This document shows positions 36,529 through 46,224 of a stretch of DNA of 64,000 nucleotides, one piece after another. Both the position numbers and the translations under genes were made by a program. The first letter of the stretch is position 1; each line of letters opens with the position of its first letter. The notes under the pieces were generated by a model that was not told the DNA's origin, did no database searches, and worked only from the letters and a program-made list of their open reading frames with translations. The DNA lies in the sequence record MN988522.1. One strand, 5' to 3'.

Positions 36529-39408
36529 ATGAAAGTACTTATTACTGGAGACATCCATCTCCATGATTTTAGAGTACACAATCTATTTGGAAATCCCTAT
36601 TTTAGACTAGGTCAATACAGTAAATTAGCTGATCGACTGGTCCAAATTATTAAAGAGCATAACGTCGGAGCGATGGCTATTGCTGGAGATTTTCTCCACG
36701 TAGCCTCGCCACGTCCATACATTACGAATGCTGCTGGTAAGTTCCTAGATAAGATTGCTGCTCATGTACCTCTATACGTCACTCATGGTCAACATGACTA
36801 TGACTCTCGTACGGAGATGAGTTCTGATAATACTCTGTTGAGTATGTACAATGGTCGTCCTAATATTAGGTATCTCCATAAAGAGTCTGTCACACTAGAC
36901 GGTAGAAAGTTCTACTTCCAAGGATGGACTAGTCAACAGGATTTCTCTCATATCAAGCATGATGAATATGATGTCTTGATTGGTCATGCTACCATTCAAG
37001 ACTCTATCATTAATCAATATGGGACAACGATGGAACATGGACAGTCGATCGAGAACGATAAGTTCAAGATCTGCTTCTTTGGTGATATTCATCGACATCA
37101 AGTTAAAGGTAATCAAGTTATTCCTGGAGTACCGATTCAGGCTAACTTCGGTGACCATCCTGATGTAGGAGTGATTATTCTTGATACAGAGACTCTTGAA
37201 TGGACTCGTGTCAAGACTATTACAGAAGAATTCCCATTCCTACGATTCCTTGTTACAGATAAAGTTTTTGACGATCCATATATCGTCACTAAACTACCTG
37301 CCAGTAACTCTAATGCTACTAAGCGTGAGAAGTTACATAAATCGATTGACATCATGGAAGTCATCGACAAGTCCGTACTAGGTGCGGATGTACTTGACAT
37401 TCATGATTTAGCACTAGCTGCAATCTCTAAGCTTGAATCTGATGAAGTTAATCTGAACTTCTCGATCACTTCTCTGAAGATTAGAAATTTCAGATCCATT
37501 GATAAGGTCGAGTGGATTCCTAAAGATGGAGTCATGCTGATCAATGGTATCAATGGTGCAGGTAAGTCTACACTTATTCGAGCTATTTCGTTTGCTCTCC
37601 ATGGATCACGTAGTGGCAAGTCACTCGTCCGTAAAGAACAGACTGAGATGAGTGTTGATCTTGAATTAACGTACAATGGTATTAACTATCGTATCTACAG
37701 AGGTCTCTCTGATGGTAAGGGATGGTTAAACTATTTCATTGACTCCAAACAGATCGAGACTGAGAATCAAACTGCGACTAATGATAGAATCTCCAAAGAT
37801 TTGAAGTTTCTATCGATGTGGCAATTACTGTACCATGTTCAAGGTAAGCCTAGATTCCTATCAGCATTCAATTATGGATCTCGAGTTGAACTCGTATCCA
37901 ATGTTGTTGGACTATCAATTGTTGAACGATTGAAGCAAGCTGCTGAGTCCATTAAGTCTAAGTCAGATAAAGAGTATTCATCTTTGTCAACAGAGACTGA
38001 TGGTATAAATATGTATCTCGAAACTATGAAGTCTGTCGACTTCTCGGAGATGCAAAATGACTATAGTGACTTGATAGGATGGGCTGACAGGATCATCAAG
38101 GATTTGAATGATCTTATCAATCTTGAAAGAGATCTCGCTAGCGCTCAAAGTGAAATGAGATCTTCAGAAAATGCTTTATCTCAGTACAAAGATATCGACT
38201 TCAGTCGAGCATCTATGGATACTGAACAGATGACTGCTCGTATTACTAGTTTGAGTGATACGATCAATTCTAAGAATAAGAGCATCTCTGAGTACGAACG
38301 TGAGATCTCTGAAATCCGTAATAAAATGGGTCTCAAACAACAAGAGATTCAGTCTAAGAAAGTTGACATCTCTTCGATCGAGACTAAAATGCACTCTCTG
38401 CAAGCTAGCACATGTTATGCTTGTGATCAGATTGTTGGAGAAGACAAAGTCTTTCAAATGAAAGGTCAGTTTGAATCTAGCAAGATGAATATCGAGGAGG
38501 TCATCAAGTCTCTTCAGACAGAGATACCGGACCTCCTACAAGCTGCTACTAAGTACATGGCAGACATCGAGACAGTACGTAAAGATGTCAATGTCTATGT
38601 TGAAGAGAAGTCCAGCTTGAGTACAGATCTGTCGAACATTACAAATCTTCGTAATCAATATGCAAGATTTAATAATGTGAAGGCAGTGCTAAATAAGAAT
38701 ATCGACGATGTAGCTGCACTTAATTCTAAAGTCGATCTTCAGAAAATTCGAATCAAAGAACGATTCGGCACCATAATCAGTCACGAGAATACATCGAACG
38801 ATGTCCTAATGAAGACGAGAGAACAACTCGCCATTCTGAAGGAGAAGCAGTCGAATGTTCAGAGACTGACTGATTTGCATAAAGACATGACTGCTAAGAT
38901 CGAGAGACTCTCAGCTGTTAAGGTCTTGATGGAAGAAATTGTAGCTTCCAGATCTAAGTATGACAAGTACATCAGTTTGATGGATCCAAAGGGTATTGTA
39001 ACGAGATCAGTTCTTACTGCTATCTCTGAACAATTGTCAAATGACAAGATTAAGGTCGTTGCTCATAAGACTCTAGCAAATGGTGAGACAAGACCTGACT
39101 TTAATCTACTGCTCAATGTCCACGGTAAGTGGATTGAGTACGATGAATTGTCAGGTGGTCAGATGATTGTCTGTGATTTATATATTCTTTCTCACTTAAT
39201 TTCTATCTGTGGAGGAGCAGGATTACTTATCTTCGACGAGACATTCGGAGAGCTAGATCCTACAAATCTTGAGTATACTGTTGATATGATCAAGTCGATC
39301 AACGTTCAGAACATTCTTATCGTGAGCCATCACGAGGCGTTCCCGTACTACGATCATCATACAGTAGCGAGACTCCAGGATGGGGTGACCAACTATACAT
39401 TCTCTTAG
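36529..39408 (+). CDS. Fused Mre11/SbcD phosphoesterase and Rad50/SbcC ATPase (gp47-gp46-like) in one ORF
   Basis: TGDIH, AGDF, GQHD, GH, GDIHRHQ; then LKIRNFRSI, GINGAGKST, coiled coil with CYAC hook, LSGGQ, LIFDETFGELD, VSHH; no internal stop. Confidence 0.92.
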   Translation: MKVLITGDIHLHDFRVHNLFGNPYFRLGQYSKLADRLVQIIKEHNVGAMAIAGDFLHVASPRPYITNAAGKFLDKIAAHVPLYVTHGQHDYDSRTEMSSDNTLLSMYNGRPNIRYLHKESVTLDGRKFYFQGWTSQQDFSHIKHDEYDVLIGHATIQDSIINQYGTTMEHGQSIENDKFKICFFGDIHRHQVKGNQVIPGVPIQANFGDHPDVGVIILDTETLEWTRVKTITEEFPFLRFLVTDKVFDDPYIVTKLPASNSNATKREKLHKSIDIMEVIDKSVLGADVLDIHDLALAAISKLESDEVNLNFSITSLKIRNFRSIDKVEWIPKDGVMLINGINGAGKSTLIRAISFALHGSRSGKSLVRKEQTEMSVDLELTYNGINYRIYRGLSDGKGWLNYFIDSKQIETENQTATNDRISKDLKFLSMWQLLYHVQGKPRFLSAFNYGSRVELVSNVVGLSIVERLKQAAESIKSKSDKEYSSLSTETDGINMYLETMKSVDFSEMQNDYSDLIGWADRIIKDLNDLINLERDLASAQSEMRSSENALSQYKDIDFSRASMDTEQMTARITSLSDTINSKNKSISEYEREISEIRNKMGLKQQEIQSKKVDISSIETKMHSLQASTCYACDQIVGEDKVFQMKGQFESSKMNIEEVIKSLQTEIPDLLQAATKYMADIETVRKDVNVYVEEKSSLSTDLSNITNLRNQYARFNNVKAVLNKNIDDVAALNSKVDLQKIRIKERFGTIISHENTSNDVLMKTREQLAILKEKQSNVQRLTDLHKDMTAKIERLSAVKVLMEEIVASRSKYDKYISLMDPKGIVTRSVLTAISEQLSNDKIKVVAHKTLANGETRPDFNLLLNVHGKWIEYDELSGGQMIVCDLYILSHLISICGGAGLLIFDETFGELDPTNLEYTVDMIKSINVQNILIVSHHEAFPYYDHHTVARLQDGVTNYTFS

Positions 39409-39440
39409 ATGTAGAAAAACAAGAGAATGAACAAAGAGTA

Positions 39441-39662
39441 ATGTCTGATATGTTCAACGAACTAAACATTGAAGTAGCTCAACGAGTTACGGATAACCAT
39501 ATTAATACTGCTATTAAACGTGCATCTGCAGCATGTGCTCCTCAGTCGAGTTCGAGATTCGATGGTATTCATTGCATCACATGTAATGAAGCTATCCCTG
39601 CGAGAAGACTGGAACTTGGACGTATCAGATGTATTGATTGTCAATACGATCTGGAAAACTAA
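39441..39662 (+). CDS. DksA/TraR C4 zinc-finger protein
   Basis: CITCNEAIPARRL...RCIDCQ. Confidence 0.9.
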   Translation: MSDMFNELNIEVAQRVTDNHINTAIKRASAACAPQSSSRFDGIHCITCNEAIPARRLELGRIRCIDCQYDLEN

Positions 39663-39671
39663 GAGAAGTAA

Positions 39672-40121
39672 ATGTCACTTGTAGCATATAAGAGTAAGCT
39701 AAACATTTTCGAGAGATTTCTTAGATATGTAGATAATATCTTCTATGCTGACGAATACGGAGACAAGAGACCTTCTTCACAGGAGGTCCTTGATCTGAGT
39801 AATACGTCTTTAAAAGAGATCATTCTACCTGCCAACATTGTTATTAAGTCTCCTGGGAATATCTTTATCAAATCAGAACGACATATTGTTCTTGACTCAG
39901 GACATAGAAATGACAACGATGGGAAGGTATGGCTTAATAGCGATCAGCTTGTATTTGATATTGATACATTCGATAGCTACGCTTATAGAAAGATTCATGG
40001 AGTCATCGATTCTATGGATCATTCGGATTATCATAACGTGAAGCAAGATGATCATCTTCAGCTTGAGTTTGATTTCTGCAATCATAAGGAGACTTGTGGA
40101 TGCCAGGAGCAGCACGCTTAG
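39672..40121 (+). CDS. Hypothetical protein
   Basis: ORF track. Confidence 0.6.
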   Translation: MSLVAYKSKLNIFERFLRYVDNIFYADEYGDKRPSSQEVLDLSNTSLKEIILPANIVIKSPGNIFIKSERHIVLDSGHRNDNDGKVWLNSDQLVFDIDTFDSYAYRKIHGVIDSMDHSDYHNVKQDDHLQLEFDFCNHKETCGCQEQHA

Positions 40122-40393
40122 CTGATATATGTACAGGACATGGATGTTGGCCACCTAGAGCTAATTCGAGTGCATCTTCAGATGTATTCATAAATGGTCG
40201 AGGAGCTCATCGTCAAGGTGATACATGGTTACCTCATACATGTCCTGATATACCTGAGACTCATGCATCTGTATTAGCATCAGGGTCAAGTACCGTTTAT
40301 ACTAACGGTAAACAACAAGGTCGAATAGGAGATCCAGTAGCTTGTGGAAGTACTGTAGCTACTGGATCTGGCAATGTCATAGTTGGTGGATAA
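40100..40393 (+). CDS. PAAR-domain spike tip protein (T4 gp5.4-like; start at ATG 40100)
   Basis: MPGAARLADICTGH...VFING...GSSTVYTNG...RIGDPVACGS..ATGSGNV. Confidence 0.92.
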   Translation: MPGAARLADICTGHGCWPPRANSSASSDVFINGRGAHRQGDTWLPHTCPDIPETHASVLASGSSTVYTNGKQQGRIGDPVACGSTVATGSGNVIVGG

Positions 40394-40399
40394 TTTATA

Positions 40400-40768
40400 A
40401 TGTTAGATGAAGATACGATTTCGATGGCAGGTCTTCAGTCTTCTACGACGATGGAAATCGTCAAGAAGGTACTGAGAGCTGAAGATGTCGAAACTCGAGA
40501 TTTGAGAGCAGCTATCATCTCAGTTTATGGTGCTGTTAACCAGTTGTACGATATGGGTAAGAAGATTACCAATAGTAAGATGACAACTGCTAAGATCCGT
40601 AAGGATTTTGAGAGAGCACTGAAAGGCGTCGAGGTAGGATTTAATATTCCTATCGAAGTACGTCTACCTAATCACCTTCGAGGTGATACTGACGTCACTG
40701 AAGCAGTTAAGTCTGTAGGTGGTGTAATTGATCTGGGACCTGTAGTAAGTGAGACTAATCTACAGTGA
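40400..40768 (+). CDS. Hypothetical protein
   Basis: ORF track. Confidence 0.6.
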   Translation: MLDEDTISMAGLQSSTTMEIVKKVLRAEDVETRDLRAAIISVYGAVNQLYDMGKKITNSKMTTAKIRKDFERALKGVEVGFNIPIEVRLPNHLRGDTDVTEAVKSVGGVIDLGPVVSETNLQ

Positions 40769-40777
40769 TCTAATATC

Positions 40778-40820
40778 GCGTAATTCTTCTAAATAAACGG
40801 AAGAATTACGCTTTATTTTT
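40778..40820 (+). terminator. Intrinsic terminator
   Basis: GCGTAATTCTTC/GAAGAATTACGC stem followed by TTTATTTTT. Confidence 0.8.
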
Positions 40821-40831
40821 GTCCATATGAA

Positions 40832-40858
40832 GCGAAGGAGCGTCCCTTAAGCCTTCCT
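40832..40858 (+). promoter_or_regulatory. Promoter-like motif copy 11
   Basis: GCGAA at 40832, GCCTTCCT at 40851. Confidence 0.7.
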
Positions 40859-40958
40859 CTCTCGTAAGACGTTAATTCTAGAAATTCCAATACGGAGTAT
40901 GTAATGTCTTCTATTAAAAACTCCGATCCTAAAACCATCTCCTGAAAGGAAAATTCTC

Positions 40959-43214
40959 ATGGATCTCAATAAGTTCAAAGTAACTATCGGTGGTAAGTCT
41001 GTCAATGTGACCGCATTCACTCCTGACACTACAGCTACCAAGGCTGCAGGTAAGACTCACCATGTCCTTCTCATCGACCGTTCCGGTTCGATGTACTCCT
41101 CGATCAGTTATCTGATTGATCAGGTTCAGAATACAGTTAAGCTCATCGGTCAAGACGATCTGATTAGCATTCTCTGGTTCTCTGGTCAGGGTAGTAAGGG
41201 AGTTATCTGCCAAGGTGTTAAGGGATCTGAGGACATTACTACTGTTCTCAATAAGTTCCGTAGCGTTCTTGGTACGACATGCTTCTCTGAACCTCTCGCA
41301 GAGTCGACTAATGTTGTTGCTATGTACAAGGACGTTGTTGATCAGTCCGTTATCACTCTCTTCACGGACGGTTGCCCAGTAGTCAGCTGGTCTACTAAGG
41401 AAGAGACTGAACGTTGCCACGAGATCATTAAAGATCTCGTTGATGATCTCAATGTCTCGGCAGTCAATACCGTAGGTTATGGTAACTACTACAATCGTGA
41501 TTTCTTGCAGACTCTTTCCGAGGCATCGGATCAGGGGATGTTCGTTCACAGTAGTAAGATTGAACAATTTACTGACGTCTTCACCTCAGCAGTGGAGGTC
41601 GCCAGTGGTCTGGTACTTCAGTCTCTGGACATCGAAGTATCGGATGACGACGCTGATATTCTTTACGTAGGTAATGGTACCAGTGGTCTTCACAAGTCTG
41701 ACCTCAGCATGCGTCGTCTTGACAAGTCTCGTAACCTTGTCTTCATCGTATCTGAGAATTCCAAGTACGATCTGACGATCAACGGTGTTACGGATCACAA
41801 GATTGAGTCCATGACTCAGTCCTCGAATCCTGAATTCGTTGAGAACTTCCTCTACTCGTATGCAGATTCTCTCTACTATCGTGGAGAACGTCAGAAGGCT
41901 CTTGACATTATTGTCAACAATCTTCGCGACAAGCATCTCGCAGATCTGATGATGAATGCATTCACCATCGACGAAGTAGCTGATGTTCAGAAAGCTCTGA
42001 ACATTGCATGTGAGTTCAAGTCTGAACGTTACATCAGTGGTAAGTGCGGAGTAGGATACCTTCCCAAGAAGGATGCATTCTGCTTGATGGATCTCTTTAA
42101 TCTGTTCTTCAAGAAGGATGTAACCGCATATTATGTCCCATTCTCGAAGAATGTTGAGGAGTACCAGCGTATCGGTCGTAAGGTAACCGATGAATTCAAT
42201 CTGTTCACCAAGTCTCCTGAAGAAGTTATCGTACCACTGAACGACTTCGTCTGGAACAAGGACAAGCTGAATCTCTCGATCCGTATTCTGATCCCTGGTA
42301 CAGTAACTCTCAATCCGAAGGCTGCTAAGACAGTAGGACTTGCTTCTACCTATCCGTCCAAGATCTATCGTAACCATACGTTTATCAAAGACGGTCAGCT
42401 GAATATTAAGACTGCAGAATTCCTTCTGTCGTCTGATGTACTTGAAGTACTTAATGCGAATAAGATCGGTAACCGTATCCTGTCTACGGATGAGGATGTT
42501 GGTGGGATCCTTCTGAATCGAGTAGTAGTCGATCTCACGAAGCTTCCTGTTATCAATCGTCTTTACATTGATAACTCCGACTCTCTGGATGATCTGAAGG
42601 ATATTGTCGTCAATATCTCTAAGGCTGAGGCTTCCATCAAGGTAGCTAAGGATGCACTGGCAACCGTTCTGGCATCGAATGTGAATCTGACGAAGGTCGG
42701 AGCATATAAGGGTCTTACGGCTGATCAGATCACCGTACTCGAAAATCACGGTATCTCCAAGGATGGAGTCTACGGAGGTATCGATAATGTCAAGCCTAAG
42801 GCTGCGGATTCAGATAGCTACGAAGTACGTACTCTCGAATTCTATCTGAAGGGATTCTCGTCGCTTCCTTCCATCGCTGACTTCAACAAGATGCTCAATG
42901 GTGAGAAGAGAGTGAATGCTCCTGGACAAATGATGATCGACTATCTGAAGGATCTTGAATTCCGACTGAAGGCCGAGAATCTTAGTCTGAATCAGCCGAA
43001 TGCAGCTGTTAGAGACTTCCTTAATGAGGAACTCGAAGAGCTTAAGGCTGGCCTAGCTACTGCTCGTAATCATCTCAATGCTGTCAAGATGGCTAAGGTG
43101 CTTACACATGACTTCTTCCATGGTCTAGTTGCTGACGACAAGGGTAACTACTCTTATGGAGATGAGAATCATACTATGATTCTTCGTAATGACCGTACTG
43201 TAGAGTACGTTTAA
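40959..43214 (+). CDS. Large vWA (MIDAS) domain protein
   Basis: LLIDRSGSM, GTTCF, LFTDG, VGYG; long C-terminal region of unknown fold. Confidence 0.85.
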   Translation: MDLNKFKVTIGGKSVNVTAFTPDTTATKAAGKTHHVLLIDRSGSMYSSISYLIDQVQNTVKLIGQDDLISILWFSGQGSKGVICQGVKGSEDITTVLNKFRSVLGTTCFSEPLAESTNVVAMYKDVVDQSVITLFTDGCPVVSWSTKEETERCHEIIKDLVDDLNVSAVNTVGYGNYYNRDFLQTLSEASDQGMFVHSSKIEQFTDVFTSAVEVASGLVLQSLDIEVSDDDADILYVGNGTSGLHKSDLSMRRLDKSRNLVFIVSENSKYDLTINGVTDHKIESMTQSSNPEFVENFLYSYADSLYYRGERQKALDIIVNNLRDKHLADLMMNAFTIDEVADVQKALNIACEFKSERYISGKCGVGYLPKKDAFCLMDLFNLFFKKDVTAYYVPFSKNVEEYQRIGRKVTDEFNLFTKSPEEVIVPLNDFVWNKDKLNLSIRILIPGTVTLNPKAAKTVGLASTYPSKIYRNHTFIKDGQLNIKTAEFLLSSDVLEVLNANKIGNRILSTDEDVGGILLNRVVVDLTKLPVINRLYIDNSDSLDDLKDIVVNISKAEASIKVAKDALATVLASNVNLTKVGAYKGLTADQITVLENHGISKDGVYGGIDNVKPKAADSDSYEVRTLEFYLKGFSSLPSIADFNKMLNGEKRVNAPGQMMIDYLKDLEFRLKAENLSLNQPNAAVRDFLNEELEELKAGLATARNHLNAVKMAKVLTHDFFHGLVADDKGNYSYGDENHTMILRNDRTVEYV

Positions 43215-43219
43215 AATCT

Positions 43220-43270
43220 AGGCTCCATTATTCTTCTCGCAAGGGATGAGTAATGGAGCCTTTTCTTTTG
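43220..43270 (+). terminator. Intrinsic terminator (GCAA loop)
   Basis: AGGCTCCATTA/TAATGGAGCCT stem followed by TTTCTTTT. Confidence 0.8.
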
Positions 43271-43287
43271 TCTTATTGAGAGGTAAT

Positions 43288-43866
43288 ATGCATACCGCTG
43301 ATCTAGAGAATATGCCATCTCTGGTTCTCAATGCTGATATGTTACCCTTATCTTCTTCACCATTAAGCTTGTATCATTGGCACGATACGATCAAGGCAGT
43401 GACTGAAAATAAGGCTAGTGTAATAGCTGAGTACGACAGAGTTATTCGATCTCCTACATTTGAGATGAAGCTACCATCCGTGATAGCCTTGAACAACTAT
43501 GTCGGAATCTATACCGAGATTAAATTCACACGTTACAATCTATTTCTAAGAGATAAATTCACTTGTCAGTATTGTATGGAGAAGTTTGCTTACAAGAATC
43601 TTACGTTTGATCATGTCGTACCTGCATCTAGAGGTGGTAAGACAGTTTGGACTAATATTGTAGCAGCATGTCATCCTTGCAATATTAAGAAACGTGATAG
43701 AACTCCTGAAGAAGCAGGTTTGCATCTCCATTACAAGCCATATGCTCCTAACTATGAGCAGTTTAAACGTTTAGGTCGTCAAGATCCTGGTAAGAATCAT
43801 TACGGTAATCTCCATAAGACCATTATAGACTGGTTGTACTGGGACACAGAATTGGAATCAAAATAA
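43288..43866 (+). CDS. HNH endonuclease (McrA-like; start at ATG 43288)
   Basis: RDKFTCQYC, TFDHVVPASRGG, NIVAACHPCNIKK; GAGAGG RBS. Confidence 0.92.
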   Translation: MHTADLENMPSLVLNADMLPLSSSPLSLYHWHDTIKAVTENKASVIAEYDRVIRSPTFEMKLPSVIALNNYVGIYTEIKFTRYNLFLRDKFTCQYCMEKFAYKNLTFDHVVPASRGGKTVWTNIVAACHPCNIKKRDRTPEEAGLHLHYKPYAPNYEQFKRLGRQDPGKNHYGNLHKTIIDWLYWDTELESK

Positions 43867-43868
43867 CA

Positions 43869-44192
43869 ATGGCACACGCCTGTATTCTACTGATCGGCAA
43901 GTACAAGAAGTCACTTGTCAATTATCTTGACCAAGATCCTATTTATTACAGTCAAGTCGAAGAAGGTACTGAGGTCATAGCTCATTACTTCAACGTACAT
44001 AATGTCATTGATGTTCAGAGACTAGGTGAACTAGTCGGCATCGATGATTACAAAGACATGAGTCAGTCCGTAATCAATAAGGCACGGATTGACCATGAGG
44101 AGCTCGAAGAATTTGGTAGTCCTGCAAAGGTAAATGGATTTATCAAACTCCTTGATAATGGATTTAAACCATATTTTGAGGTGAGCTTCTGA
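43869..44192 (+). CDS. Hypothetical protein
   Basis: ORF track. Confidence 0.6.
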   Translation: MAHACILLIGKYKKSLVNYLDQDPIYYSQVEEGTEVIAHYFNVHNVIDVQRLGELVGIDDYKDMSQSVINKARIDHEELEEFGSPAKVNGFIKLLDNGFKPYFEVSF

Positions 44193-44419
44193 TGACAAAT
44201 CCTGACACTCCTGTAACATTTTCCTTTTCTGGTCGACGTCTATATGATATAACGGACGATCAGTTGAAGATTGTCAAAGCATTCAGACAAGTTTTATCTA
44301 AAGAACTAAAATTTTGTTCAATGATAGACTGTGCATATGCTTTGAAAGAATCTAACTGGGATGTTGACAAGGCTAGGGTACTTATGATTGAATTGAGTAG
44401 ATACAGAGTTGTTCTTTAG
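44192..44419 (+). CDS. Hypothetical protein (UBA/EF-Ts-like tail)
   Basis: MIDCAYALKESNWDVDKA resembles the EF-Ts N-terminal UBA-like motif. Confidence 0.45.
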   Translation: MTNPDTPVTFSFSGRRLYDITDDQLKIVKAFRQVLSKELKFCSMIDCAYALKESNWDVDKARVLMIELSRYRVVL

Positions 44420-44454
44420 TGTGAGTACAACGGTTCTACTTAAAGGATGAAAAA

Positions 44455-44865
44455 TTGAAGATCTACACTGTAATTGTCAGCATTATGTTGGCTCTCATCT
44501 CTACTTCAGTTTACGGAGGAGAAGTGATAACACGTAAAGTTGGTTATTCCAGCAGATCGCTCATTGTGAGTGAGGCAGCTAAATACGGAATAAGCAAAGC
44601 AGTCATCGAACATGTCGCACGTAAGGAGAGTACATTTAGATGTACGACTGGAGGTCGATATAAAGGTCCACTTCAAATCAGCCCAAGGAGCGCTCGTGCT
44701 CTAGGGTATCAAGGTAAAGGTGGTCTAGATAATTGCGGAGACGGTCTGAAATACGGACTGAGACACTTAGCAATCTGTGTTAAGAAAGTAGGTCAGAATC
44801 CAAAGAAGGCAGCTTCATGTCATGCGTCCCCAGGTGCGTATGGTGTGAGAGTAGTATGGAGATAG
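44455..44865 (+). CDS. Lytic transglycosylase (SLT) domain protein with signal peptide
   Basis: AAKYGI...VARKESTF...GPLQI...ARALGY...GLKYGLRHLA; hydrophobic N-terminus. Confidence 0.8.
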   Translation: MKIYTVIVSIMLALISTSVYGGEVITRKVGYSSRSLIVSEAAKYGISKAVIEHVARKESTFRCTTGGRYKGPLQISPRSARALGYQGKGGLDNCGDGLKYGLRHLAICVKKVGQNPKKAASCHASPGAYGVRVVWR

Positions 44866-45116
44866 TTCCATCAAAATGGACGGTTTATATCGTAGAGTGT
44901 AGAGATAAATCCTTGTATACAGGAATCACTACTGATATAAACCGTCGTCTACTCCAGCACAATAATGGTACTGGAGCCAAGTATACAAGAAGCAGAAGAC
45001 CTGTTAGTATCGTTTATACCGAGAAATTACCAGATAGGTCTTCTGCTCTCAAACGTGAATACGCTATTAAGCAACTATCTCGTAAGGAGAAGTTGCAATT
45101 AGTAAATTTTAGATAG
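44856..45116 (+). CDS. Small GIY-YIG nuclease (UPF0213/YhbQ-like; start at ATG 44856)
   Basis: VYIVECRDKSLYTGITTDINRRLLQHN.G.GAKYTR.RRP...ALKREYAIK. Confidence 0.92.
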   Translation: MEIVPSKWTVYIVECRDKSLYTGITTDINRRLLQHNNGTGAKYTRSRRPVSIVYTEKLPDRSSALKREYAIKQLSRKEKLQLVNFR

Positions 45117-45184
45117 GTTCACTTAACGTCTCCAAGGGATTCTTCTTTAGGAAGGGACCTTGGAGATTCTTAGAGGTAATTTAA

Positions 45185-45421
45185 ATGGGCACTAGTGCTC
45201 CTGATATTACAATTAGTAATCCCAATATTGATCATACTTACGATACGAGTAATCTTCCATTTCTCAGGAAGACTCCTCCTCACGTCCTTGGAGAATCTAA
45301 GGACGATTTTCTAAGTAGAATGTCCCTTGCTACTCATGACCGAGTGAACAACTTAGAGTTCACGATTGTGAGTCGTAGAGATTGGGACCATCTGCTCTAC
45401 TTAGCAAGTAGATCCATCTAA
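45185..45421 (+). CDS. Hypothetical protein
   Basis: AGAGG RBS. Confidence 0.5.
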   Translation: MGTSAPDITISNPNIDHTYDTSNLPFLRKTPPHVLGESKDDFLSRMSLATHDRVNNLEFTIVSRRDWDHLLYLASRSI

Positions 45422-45477
45422 TCCCTTAACAATTTGTCTTAAGAATCGTCTGCTTTAATGGCAGGTAGGAGAAAGTA

Positions 45478-45723
45478 GTGGCCGAGTATAGTAGCACTGT
45501 AACTGCATATGATAGTGCAGGTAGTGAGAAATTATTTAATATCTTTAAAGATCTTAAAATGGATTTGGATATGCTTAGTGCAATTGTTCAGAATCCTATG
45601 AAGATCAAACATACTGAACTTCTTAGATTTAAGAAAGATATGGATATCTTTTGTCTAAAGTTTGTAATCCTAAAGGATGAAACTATGGATTTCGTTATGA
45701 GTCAACCACCTAGTGATCCTTGA
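45478..45723 (+). CDS. Hypothetical protein
   Basis: AGGAG RBS, GTG start. Confidence 0.5.
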   Translation: MAEYSSTVTAYDSAGSEKLFNIFKDLKMDLDMLSAIVQNPMKIKHTELLRFKKDMDIFCLKFVILKDETMDFVMSQPPSDP

Positions 45724-45737
45724 TCTTATTGATCTTG

Positions 45738-45800
45738 ATTATCATTATAATAATGATAATTATAATAAGAATAGTATAGATAATATTATTCTTATTATTC
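45738..45800. repeat. AT-rich double inverted-repeat element B (candidate origin)
   Basis: ATTATCATTA/TAATGATAAT (45738-45760) and ATAATAAGAATA/TATTCTTATTAT (45762-45798). Confidence 0.6.
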
Positions 45801-45860
45801 TTGTGATCTAGGACTGATTTTACAGATATTCGACTCCTGATTAAGGACTTATTCCAGTCA

Positions 45861-45887
45861 GCGAAGTAGAGGCCGGAGAGCCTTCCT
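45861..45887 (+). promoter_or_regulatory. Promoter-like motif copy 12
   Basis: GCGAA at 45861, GCCTTCCT at 45880. Confidence 0.7.
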
Positions 45888-45900
45888 TGTTAGACGTCAA

Positions 45901-46224
45901 TTGGTGATGAATATGAAAATAAAACGTATATTTAAATCATTATTCTTTAGACGTAAGCATGTGATTGATAAATTAGTTCTCATAGGTAGAGCGTCTGATT
46001 ATGTAAGTGATCCTTTTATGGTTGGATCATATGCATGGAAGTCACTCTATGGTACTTACAAGTTACAAGTTGATTCTGTTGATGTAGCACAAGATAAAGT
46101 TGTCTTTTATTCGTACTACATTGATCCTCACGGTAGCGAGTTCATTCAAGGTAACTATCGAGTAACAACAATCACTGAAATCGTTCGAAGAGTTAGAAGT
46201 TTAAGATTGTTGGTAGATATCTAA
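45901..46224 (+). CDS. Hypothetical protein
   Basis: ORF track; exact start uncertain. Confidence 0.5.
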   Translation: MVMNMKIKRIFKSLFFRRKHVIDKLVLIGRASDYVSDPFMVGSYAWKSLYGTYKLQVDSVDVAQDKVVFYSYYIDPHGSEFIQGNYRVTTITEIVRRVRSLRLLVDI

